Under the pieces are notes generated by a model. The model ran no database searches, was not told the DNA's origin, and saw only the letters and a list, made by a program, of their open reading frames with translations. A program made the translations under genes and the position numbers. From Macrostomum hystrix (Eukaryota > Animalia > Platyhelminthes), in NCBI GenBank assembly GCA_950097015.1, contig CATNEN010000037.1, positions 3,100,001 to 3,164,000 on the forward strand: a stretch of DNA of 64,000 nucleotides. The letters run 5' to 3'. This document shows positions 27,901 through 36,381 of this stretch, piece by piece. The stretch's first letter is position 1; each line of letters opens with the position of its first letter.

Positions 27901-29151
27901 ACTGTCCATCTTGTGCCGAGCTGCTGTGGTTGCTGCTCCTGATTCGCAAGCAGAGAACTTGGTCCCTTCACGTTGAACACGGCTTGACAAAACCGTCTGA
28001 AGAATTTTCTTAGTTCATCAGCACATCGTCCTGTTAGAGTCAGCATACTCAATGATATTCGAGGATCTGTCGCACCTGTGAATGCAAACGCATTGTGAGC
28101 GTCAGCATCCTATTTTACAACTGCTTTGCTGCAAGTTTTTTAACACGGCTGCTAAGAACTGGACTCGACGGCTATCTAGCCAACCAGCTAACTATTCTGC
28201 TATGAAAGTGGCAAAGTTTAGCGGCACATGAGGTTACTAACTAGGTAAACTAGCTTTTAGAGTAAAAATATTATTTTTCATTCGGAATCATCCATTCGTT
28301 TATTTCCGTGTTGGCCCGGCTACTCGTAGCTCCTCAAAAAGCCTTCACTTCCATACAAACTAGAATTATATGCCTCGTATAATGCCGGTACCCATTTAAC
28401 AGCTCAGTGAACTGAAGCAGTGCAAAGTTTACTGTCTTGCTAAAGGACACACATTGTTCCAGTGCAGTCGGTAATTAAACCCCCCCCCGACACAAAATTC
28501 GTTAGTCAAACGCTGTAAACACTCTCAACCTAGGCTTTTAACATAGTGTCACATTTTTCGATTGCTAGGTACGAGTACAAGGTCCACGATAACTATAATA
28601 TAGCTGCAAGCTATGCACTTTGCAATAGTAATAATTGACATGCGCATGTTAATAAGTCATACAAGAACACACACACAGGTGTGTTGATCTGTCCCGGCTT
28701 TGTCATTATCAGGCAGTGTACACTCTCAGCGATTGGCCCCTCATAGGCGCGAATTGCACGACAAGCCCCCAAGACTTTTCGTCGGATGCATCTCCCATAT
28801 CTCATCTGCCATCACATTGCTTAGCTAATAACATTTGCAAAATTCCCTTTTATGAAATACAAAAACCAGTCGACGCCGTTAGTGGTTCTTCCGCCGGCGA
28901 CACCGGCAGCGGCATAAGCGGCGGCACCACCAGCGGCAGCTCCGCCAGTCAATGCGAGCGGCGGCACCGCCAGCGGCAGCTCCGCCGTCAATCCGAGCGG
29001 TGGAACCGCCAGCGGCAGCTCCGCCGTCAATCCAAGCGGCGGCATCGGCAAGGAACGGCAGGCAACCGACGGCGGCAACAGCGCGAACAGCCAGCTGGGA
29101 GTATCGGCCGCTCTACTCGCTGTCTCATTGGCTCTAGGCCTGGTATTTTAG
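18992..29151 (+). CDS. Secreted leucine-rich-repeat-like protein, probably GPI-anchored. Exons 18992-19976, 20318-20434, 28870-29151; further exons possible
   Basis: ATG at 18992 is followed by a signal-peptide-like stretch (MCTKLTQQLVLALVVVAAVSNA). There are LRR-like segments (LEKLKTLILANTNFESIDL, INELVLANNIELTRI, VQEVYLLQTGL) and a CQPACSC cap. The three exons are open and join in phase 1 through GT/AG sites (G|GTGAGT at 19976, CAG|20318, G|GTAAAG at 20434, CAG|28870). The last exon gives a Gly/Ser stalk and hydrophobic tail only if one base at 28947 is removed. Exon 1 is solid; linkage to the last exon is inference. Confidence 0.6.
20011..20250 (+). mobile_element. tRNA-derived SINE, family 1
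   Basis: A-box-like tagcctagtgg and B-box-like ggtcgattcc, then the body gtgtcctttagcaagacacttaa...cagttcacccagctgttaaatgggtacc, which resembles conserved SINE central domains. Further copies at about 36680, 46526, 58195 and 28383. Confidence 0.8.
20755..20830 (+). repeat. Dispersed repeat family 3, copy B
   Basis: Similar to 11790-11850. Confidence 0.55.
21738..22559 (+). mobile_element. Degenerate non-LTR retrotransposon (LINE, RTE-like), 5' part: APE endonuclease fused by internal deletion to RT
   Basis: Translates to DLIMLQEV, FCSYAPT and VVLGDLNA (APE motifs), then jumps to SGVLLGDTLAPFLF and SVLGYADDLALL (RT motifs). Stops and frameshifts present. Confidence 0.9.
22560..22744 (-). mobile_element. 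3' LTR (185 bp, TG...CA) of the Ty3/gypsy element
   Basis: Appears identical to 25265-25449. A polypurine tract (aagggggagaga on the - strand, 22745-22756) abuts it. Confidence 0.95.
22963..25218 (-). CDS. pol: Ty3/gypsy pol, truncated: C-terminal half of RT, RNase H and integrase; no gag or protease
   Basis: WIHDDVVVFG (RT), LIVDAGPTGLGAIL and YSQTEKEALA (RNase H), HQGH...CRSC zinc finger, and GADFVGP / TDNGPPF / ERLN integrase core, in gypsy order RT-RH-INT. The frame is open. Confidence 0.95.
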   Translation of the reverse strand: MGLSTSQEILQSVMCRVLAGLPNVKWIHDDVVVFGRTMAEHNSSLEACLARLAQHGITLNARKCRLARSSIEFMGMRLTAEGVQATESKVAAVQEFKEPETISQLRSFLGLVNYLAVFTPQLAKVAEPLRRLTRKNTDWQWGADQASAFAQLKRSIAEPTTLAFYDKRLRTQLIVDAGPTGLGAILAQVQHDGSSRPVAYASRTLSDVERRYSQTEKEALAVKFGCLKFEYYLYGSPEFTVISDHKPLTAMYAPGSRPPPRVERMALRIQHLVFKVEYQPGASNAADILSRQPLNAEGSRTSEQLREAYINEVAQAAVPKALTLEDIRKSSASDPVIRAAIAAMQGGQWDRSSAEMRSLHALREELSAVDGVLLRHQRIVVPAALRQQMLELAHQGHQCSQKTTARLSSKVWWPRMATQAEEFVSRCRSCAITSHTPAVRATPLQPTPIPKGAWLSIGADFVGPINNNMLLVCVDRYSRFPEVQLMQTTTAEALVPRLREMFARFGIPQELVTDNGPPFSSKEFGRFLESYGIKHRLITPYYPAANGMTERLNRSINKVVRAAIEERRDWRAALDEWLLAYRNTPHTATGRAPAELLMGRRPNDVIPAARPSQRVRINEQRLREMDASAKAAMKQRADARRRPRRHEIQVGDSVLRRRVGASKTQTPFESGAWTVQRVAGNSLMLRRDGAACWRHCTAVKVVTPESDDAGARPQAAAPETPGEAARNPAESPVALRPHPRAARGGVKIYKD
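25265..25449 (-). mobile_element. 5' LTR (185 bp) of the Ty3/gypsy element
   Basis: tgtaataact...cacactaca, matching 22560-22744. Confidence 0.95.
25450..26660 (+). mobile_element. Degenerate LINE (RTE-like), 3' part; its first 574 bp duplicate 21986-22559
   Basis: YADD RT motif, GLEINTPKTEVL, FTYLGG, LLYNAESWTLT and RRLRLAGHVIR, typical of the C-terminal region of RTE-clade ORFs. Confidence 0.9.
26870..26930 (-). repeat. Dispersed repeat family 3, copy C
   Basis: cctatctgcctagtgtatt...gccagtcagcc is the reverse complement of the core of copies A and B. Confidence 0.55.
27801..28230 (+). pseudogene. Probable relic of a P-element/THAP9-like transposase C-terminus
   Basis: TFYVAGK...DCPSC...HGLTKPSEEF resembles the YxAGY / CxxC / GGLxxPS signature of P-type transposases; the frame is broken by stops. 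Motif-level inference. Confidence 0.45.
28383..28500 (-). mobile_element. SINE family 1, partial copy
   Basis: ggtacccatttaacagct...tgtcttgctaaaggacac is the reverse complement of the family 1 body. Confidence 0.7.
28670..28785 (-). mobile_element. SINE family 2, partial copy
   Basis: caggcagtgtacactctca...aattgcacgacaagccccca is the reverse complement of 31105-31205. Confidence 0.7.
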
Positions 29152-30992
29152 ATCAAAAACTTCTATCTAATCTTGATCCAACCAAATGCTTATTTTATTC
29201 TCATTGAAACCTGATGGCCAGAGTATGGGACCTTCTTTTGTCTGCTAATGTACACTGAATGTACACTAACCTTCCTCGCCTCCTACCCTCTCGAACCTCA
29301 AACCCAAACTTATCCAACCTTAGCTTTAACTTAGCTTTAACGATCCAAATCATCCACAGCAATCACTGTTTCTTCAACAATTTTCCATCCTACCAGCTGC
29401 CTCTTATTCAATAAATCAGAAAATATCCTTCATTTAAATTCCTGCTGTGTGGTTGCTTGTGCACTTTTGCTACCGCAGACCAGCTGAATTTCGATTGAAG
29501 TTAAAAGAAGTCAGTTTTCAATTAGTTTTATATTTAGCAGCTACAAAAGCCATGGAGACTACTGAACACAGTTAGTTAGTAGCAATGTGAGAAGACCGCA
29601 AATAAAACATATTCAGCTAGTTTTTACTGCAGGCAATGACACCTTTAGTATCAGTTGATTAAAAAAAACAAGATGGTGAACGATCTTTTAGTCACTTAAG
29701 GACTGGGCTGTAAGAATTTAGATCCCCAAATTTTCAGTTCTTGCGCTTTTTGCAATTATCCATCTAATAAAAACACGCTCGCCATTATAGCAAGCGTGTA
29801 ATAGACCACACATGTTTGTATTTTTCGTGTCGACAGTTCCATCTGCCATTTATTGACCATCGGTCGCTTATTTCAAACCGCAACTTCTAATTTTGTACGC
29901 CATTTAGTAATCGTCAGTTAAAGCTAGTTGCAAACCAAATTTTTATCTGACAGTTTTTTTATTTTTGTCTTAAGGCTATTCGGATTTTATTCTTCCTACA
30001 AACTACTTGCTTGCAAAGTTTACTAAAATGAATGTATTCTTCATGTCAGTTGAAATTAGTAAAAGTTAAAAAGCTAATTTAAACAAAATTATTTCCACGC
30101 TTTAATATTACTTAGTTCTGCTGCTGCTGCTGCTGCTTTAAGCCTTAACACCATTTGCCTATACACATGCCCGATTTTATATTGACTGCGCATCATCTTC
30201 TTGCAATATTATACATGCATATATATACATATATATATTAACTACAGTAGGAATTTCTCCATCTAAAACAGTGAATCACACAGGCAGTTTGGTCGACACA
30301 GTTTGGTCGAGTCACATTCTATAAGCATGTGAGATCCTTCACAATTTATTCTTTTAGTCGTTATTAATCAAGGACATCTTACTATACCATGCTGCGAATA
30401 GAAATTTATCCACTTAACTATATGCCAATAACCATTTTCTGTTAAATTTTGTTCCGTTTAAGTCTGAACATATTGAAAAGAGAGAGAATATAATGCGCTA
30501 ACTAAATACTTAGCTTCACTTCAATATTGTCTGCTATCTAAGTATGCAAGCTATTTAATATTTTAATTTTGCAAACGTTTTATAGGAAAAATAAATTATT
30601 TTAAACGTAAAAAATAGCGCATAGTATTTTTTCACTAGCTTCTTCTTTGTAGGGCCTAATTATTCAATTGTTAAAAAAAAACTGGCGAACGAATATTTTA
30701 TTAAAAGCATCGCACTCACTGACAATTGTGTGTGAACCCTGGCCCAACTGCGGCCTGAGAAGCAACCGAACTGAAAGCTTGTGCTCATCTATGGTTTATT
30801 TTTCATTTTATTTCTTGATTCCATTTTTTTCTAAAAGTTCATTGTGATAAGCTCATCGAGGTCTAAATACCTCGATCATCATTTTAGTCTTTAAAAAAAT
30901 TCCAGATTTCTTTTTAAACTTCTGTAAAACTAATGTAGATTTAGTAACGGGTAACTCTACGATTTTTGCAAAGTTCTCAATGGTAATTGTGT

Positions 30993-31320
30993 TGGGTGGT
31001 CGGTGGCAGAGTGGTTATCGCGTTTGGCTCTCGCACCACGGTCCCTGAGTTCAATTCCACGGCGAGGCCACATTTATTTGGGGCGCGGCCGCGGAGTGAA
31101 GGCTTGGGGGCTTGTCGTGCAATTTACGCCCTTGAGGGCCAACCTCCAAGGCACAGTGAGAGTGTACACTGCCTGACGATGAGAAAGTCAGGGCAGATGT
31201 ACACACCTGTGTGAGCATGTGCCTGCGTACAGTATCTGTGTGCCTGTGTGCTCAGGAGTCAGCGAAATGGGCGGAATTGCCTGCTTCGCTGGCTCGAGGT
31301 CTTTTGTAACCAAATGGTGT
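30993..31320 (+). mobile_element. tRNA-derived SINE, family 2
   Basis: A-box tggcagagtgg, B-box gagttcaattcc and a body with the hairpin gtgtacactgcctgac...gtcagggcagatgtacac. Near-identical copy at 43465-43790; partial copies at 28670 and 55618. Confidence 0.8.
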
Positions 31321-31959
31321 GCTTTTATTATTATAGGGGAAATTGTGTTCTGATGTGGAAAAAAACAAGTCAGAACAAATACTTAATTCCATCGTATTCT
31401 GTGGAATGAATGGAAATGCGCATTCTAGGGCAAAGGGCGTCAATTTTTAGGCAAGTGTTATAAACGTGATCCCAATATAAACCTAATCCTAATACATCCA
31501 TGTAATTACTGTTACTAGCTCATCAACAGAGTCAGTAATCCGTCCAAGTTGTTCTCAGACTTCAGGAAACTTCACAGCTTGTTAGTAATATGCACGTGAA
31601 AGTGGCAGTTTCATAATGTTCCGGATATCGCAGTAGCCACCATTTGCATCTCCATCCCGGGCCTCGTGAATGTAAATTACTGCTGTTGCATAGCGGCCTG
31701 AGCGCTGCTCTGCAAATGCGTAATCGGCCGGTACCGACCCGCAACCTTCTGAGCCTAACGTCAGCACACGTGACTCGTGAGGGCTCTCTGTCGTGGCGCT
31801 CTCCGATTTCAATAGGCTCCAATCTCTAGGCGCCCTCCTCTTAACCACTTCCAACTGTCTGATTTGGACCATAGAAATTTCAAGCGGGCACCAATACATG
31901 ATTGTTGCATGCAGACGCCTCTAATACAAGAGCGACTGAGAACTTGTTTCTCGGCCGAG

Positions 31960-33250
31960 GCGTAGCCGAGGCCAGAGAAACGAGTTTGATGTCGTTCTGG
32001 CCATAGACAAATTAATAAACGGGATCGAGATAGTATTTTTCCCCAACTTGGCTCAGTCTTGTGGAAAAAAATAACTATAGCTCAACAGTCTATGGTTCTG
32101 ATCGAAACGGAACAGTCCCGAGTTTGATGCGATAGCGATAGTTTGATGCGCCGCTGTGTAACCAATTTAATTACAACGCTTGCGCACGAAATAGCTGAAG
32201 ACATTAGTGAATTTGCCAGTATTGATGACGATATAGCGAAAATGGTTGATTTGATTTTTGCGGACGGAACCACATCGGAGACACCCTCAAGCCCTCGCTT
32301 CGATTTTACGTCGGAGGAAGAGCTCATGGCTGTTGTCGATGGCTGTGTGCCAGAAGCAACTAAGAAGAAAGCTACTTGGATGGTCAACACGGTCATGGAA
32401 TGGCACAACGAAAAGAAGACACAGTGGGCGTCTGGCGAGCAATCTGGACTGATGGTGCTCAAGGAGCTGCATGGGCAATCTTCTAGTTTCGCACGTTTAA
32501 TTCAAACTGTTTTTAAAACAACAGTTAACGACAGTTTTGTATAACAACCAAGAAACAATGTGACTAACAACCAATGGACAGATGACTGACAGTGTCTATG
32601 AGTCAATTGCATGTTACTCAGATGTCATAGGCCTAGTAGTGTGCTCAGACGGCATAATAGTGCGCGCACCCGCGCAACACCTTTGGGAACATCCTTTTCT
32701 GGATGCGCGCACTATTATGCCGTCTGAGCACACGACCTCAAGGACTCCGATGGTTGCCACTGCTCCTGATGCTGGAGGCGCTCCGACAACTGGGACTTCG
32801 ACGGTTGCCACTGTTCCTGATGCTGGAGGCGCTCCGACAACTGGGTCTACGACGGTTTTTACCATACTCCTGCGAAGAAAATGCGAATCGAAGTTTCTGG
32901 AAATGATAACACCGTCGTGATCACTATGGAGTGAGAAAGACAAAAAGTACTTTACTGTCATTGACAATCAGTTTATTAGCGTTAGTGTCAACCATAGTTG
33001 CTTTTTGTGGCCCTTTTGTTGTTGTCAGTTCCAAATAAATCGTTTCTTCGTCCGGGACAAATAAATGCTTCAACACTAGACCATAGACTTATTTGACCGG
33101 GACAAGTGGGGGATAAATATTAGAGAAATGTAAGAAATAAGCTATTTATTTGGTTATCTTCATTACTACACACCAAAAATGTCTATGGTCGAAACGAACC
33201 ATGGAACGAACCATGGTCTTCAATAACATCCAGTTTTGATCATAGACTGA
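31960..33250 (+). mobile_element. Internally deleted Crypton-like (DUF3504 tyrosine-recombinase family) element
   Basis: ORF 32143..32544 contains PRFDFTSEEELMAVVDGCVPEATKKKATWMVNTVMEW, resembling the N-terminal region of CryptonA/KCTD1/ZMYM-type proteins, but there is no catalytic core. It is bracketed by the CCATAGAC/GTCTATGG motifs also seen around the Crypton at 60.6-62.8 kb. Boundaries approximate. Confidence 0.6.
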
Positions 33251-34047
33251 AATGCGGCTGGCTGAATGAGGAAAAATTTCCCCTGTTTTGCTTGTCGTAG
33301 AAGTGAAAAATGCTGACATATGATTTTACATTTTCATGATCTATGTTGCCTTATTTGATATGCTGATTTTTGCAGTGGTGATGATAAATTGATTAAACAG
33401 GGTTCGCGCCATGTCCATTAAATTCCAGCGGATGTTCCAGGCATGGTTCTATTTGCATATTAAATTTCTAGTTAAAATTTCTGCTTCACAAATTGGTGCT
33501 AAAATATGAGCCTAGTTTCAATTTGCTTCTACGACAAAAATTTTTGGAGTTTCATCAAGCGATAATCGCTTTCAAGCAGTGCTAAATTTCTGGGGTAGAC
33601 ATTTTGACGGCTGTGGGGCCCCAGTCCAAGGACTGAGCAACTGTACACAGCTTTTTGAAAGCGACCCGCTATAGCTGCGACTGTATCACAGGCTGTACAT
33701 CGGGCCCAACTTTGAAATAGCATCCAATTTTAGAAGCAGCTTTAGTAATCGAAAAAATGGATTAGATTTCAAGCATCAGCAATAGATTAGCTTGGAAATT
33801 TCTATGCTCTTTGTAGATTGGCTGCTGCTGTTGCTGCATGGGGCCCTTGGGGTCGATCATATTTCCTAACGCAGTGTCAGGGAGACCCAGTCGTCGCTGA
33901 TTGGCCAACTCTGCTTGTTAACTCGGCTTTCTGAAAGCCTCCGCGATACAATTTATTGCGGTTGCAACCGACACAGCTCTTTTCTCGCCAACAAGCTCTG
34001 CAGGAGAAATACCAACACTAGAAAAAAAACCCGGATAGGTCATAGCA

Positions 34048-34383
34048 ATGCTCGCCTTGCTGATTGCTACCTGCCTGCTCAGTCAGGCAATGTCCGCTGT
34101 TCTACTGCAGGACCAGCCTCTGCAGCAGCTGCGGCAGCCTGTTCCTAACGACCATCAGCACGAATTCCAACTGCGCCCCCTGATGGTAAGCTGTCCTGTG
34201 GTGGTCTTGGCGTTCTGTTGGTTGGTTCAGCCGTTCTGTTGACAGTTTTTAACATGATAAATTTTAAAATTTCATTCTCAGATGGATTTGGACCTGGCCG
34301 AGGCTGCTAAAGATGAGGAAAGAACGCTGCCATTGCGAAAGAGACCATTCTGCAACTGGTACGGCTGCTCAGATGACAGGTGA
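34048..34383 (+). CDS. CCAP: CCAP-like neuropeptide precursor (79 aa). Exons 34048-34185 and 34282-34383
   Basis: Signal peptide MLALLIATCLLSQAMSA; phase-0 intron GTAAGC...TTCTCAG (34186-34281). Exon 2 reads MDLDLAEAAKDEERTLPL-RKR-PFCNWYGCSDDR-stop. The PFCN..GC disulfide motif after a basic cleavage site matches arthropod CCAP (PFCNAFTGC) and molluscan CCAP-like peptides. Confidence 0.75.
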
Positions 34384-35619
34384 TCTGCGCTTGGCCTCTC
34401 GAGTTGTACCAACCGTCAAATAACCAGAGACTATAATGCGAACAGTTAGCACTAAATCAGTGATGCAATCAAAATGAAAATAAATCGCTTGTGATTGTCT
34501 GGCAAAAATTTGTTTCGTCTCGTCTAAATAGCTTTCTATCGAGTTAAAGGACTAGGAAGTTTTAATTTTAAAAAAGTCAAACTAATTGAAATTACTAATT
34601 TATGCGACACGAATTGAAAGCAGCAAGCTACTTGTACCACATGCAGCTGCAGTTTTGACAGCAGGCAATAAAAAAGCTGCACTTGATATTACTGCTTAAT
34701 AAGTAGTATATTTACCTCAGGACTGAGAAGGCACTGCCTGGTGAATTTGATTGCCAGTGATAGGCGGAGCGGTTTTACATGTTAGCATGGCCAATAATTG
34801 AATTAGATAGAAAAAACTCTGCATTGATATACTGTCAAATCTGTTTCTCTTGTCACTAGACTGGATCACGGAATCACACAATGGTGATCAGACACTTGCA
34901 CCTACGAAGGCATGCAAACAAAGACATGCGGAAGGTTATAAGTACTAAACCTATGAGCACAACACTGTAGACGCCAGAGTAGATTTTCCTCAACTTTTTG
35001 AATATATAGGTGACTCGGATATTATCTTCTTGCCTAAAAGTACACCAGATGCTTGTGAAAAGTCTAGCGAGACTGCTTTTTATCGTTTAAGGCTAAATTA
35101 GATTTGTACATCTAAAGTACAGTATTTTACTGAAAGCTAGAGTTAAAACTTACTTTCAGAAGCAATTTTCTAAGCAGTAGTCAAATAGGCATGCTAATGC
35201 ACTGAGTAAATTAAACAAAACTTACTTTCGCTATTCAAGATAAAAAGCGAACTAAACTTGCAAATAGCACTACTGATAGTATGCTGAGCTACAGTAAAAA
35301 GACACCCCATTCACCGAAGCAGTTTTGGGGGTCAAAACGTGGATAAAAAAGAGCTAATTAAGCGGTAAAAGACTGTACCAATCGTGGAAGCAGAAGATTG
35401 CGCCTTGGCCCAAAGCTGCCAAACAGCGCTTTGCAAATAAAAGCAGCAACAGCAGCAGCAAGCGTTGTCAGAGAATGGAGTTGCAGATGCGAAACGAGCC
35501 TAAACACGGCTGTCAAAGCGACAGAAGAAAAATTAAAAATATGCGCGTCACTTTTCTTGAAAAAAAGTGCAGTACGTAACAAGTTTTCCGCCTATAATTG
35601 AACTAAAACAGTCTGAACA

Positions 35620-36330
35620 AAACCAGTCCGCTCTCTACTCCGCTTTCACAAACCAGTCCGCTCTCTACTCCGCTTTCACAAACCAGTCCGCTCTCTACTC
35701 CGCATTCACAAACCAGTCCGCTCTCTACTCCGCTTTCACAAACCAGTCCGCTCTCTACTCCGCTTTCACAAACCAGTGCGCTCTCTACTCCGCATTCACA
35801 AACCAGTCCGCTCTCTACTCCGCTTTCACAAACCAGTCCGCTCTCTACTCCGCTTTCACAAACCAGTCCGCTCTCTACTCCGCATTGCCAAACCAGTCCG
35901 CTCTCTACTCCGCTTTCACAAACCAGTCCGCTCTCTACTCCGCATTGCCAAACCAGTCCGCTCTCTACTCCGCATTGCCAAACCAGTCCGCTCTCTACTC
36001 CGCTTTCACAAACCAGTCCGCTCTCTACTCCGCATTGCCAAACCAGTCCGCTCTCTACTCCGCATTGCCAAACCAGTCCGCTCTCTACTCCGCTTTCCCA
36101 AACCAGTCCGCTCTCTACTCCGCATTGCCAAACCAGTCCGCTCTCTACTCCGCTTTCCCAAACCAGTCCGCTCTCTACTCCGCATTGCCAAACCAGTCCG
36201 CTCTCTACTCCGCATTGCCAAACCAGTCCGCTCTCTACTCCGCTTTCCCAAACCAGTCCGCTCTCTACTCCGCATTGCCAAACCAGTCTGCTCTCTACTC
36301 CGCTTTCACAAACCAGTCCACTCTCTACTC
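35620..36330. repeat. Minisatellite, 30-bp unit (aaaccagtccgctctctactccgctttcac), starting about 50 bp 3' of the calponin stop codon
   Basis: Read directly; source of ORFs 35567..36556 and 35776..36663. Confidence 0.95.
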
Positions 36331-36381
36331 AATATCATCAAAGGTCAGCAAAATCCTCATCCCTGTCGCGTCCACCAGTCC

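Noticed and set aside
31160-31205. ctgacga...gaaa in SINE family 2 as a hammerhead ribozyme
   Set aside because: It forms a single hairpin. The GAAA lies in the loop rather than after a stem II, and no three-way junction or cleavage triplet can be built.
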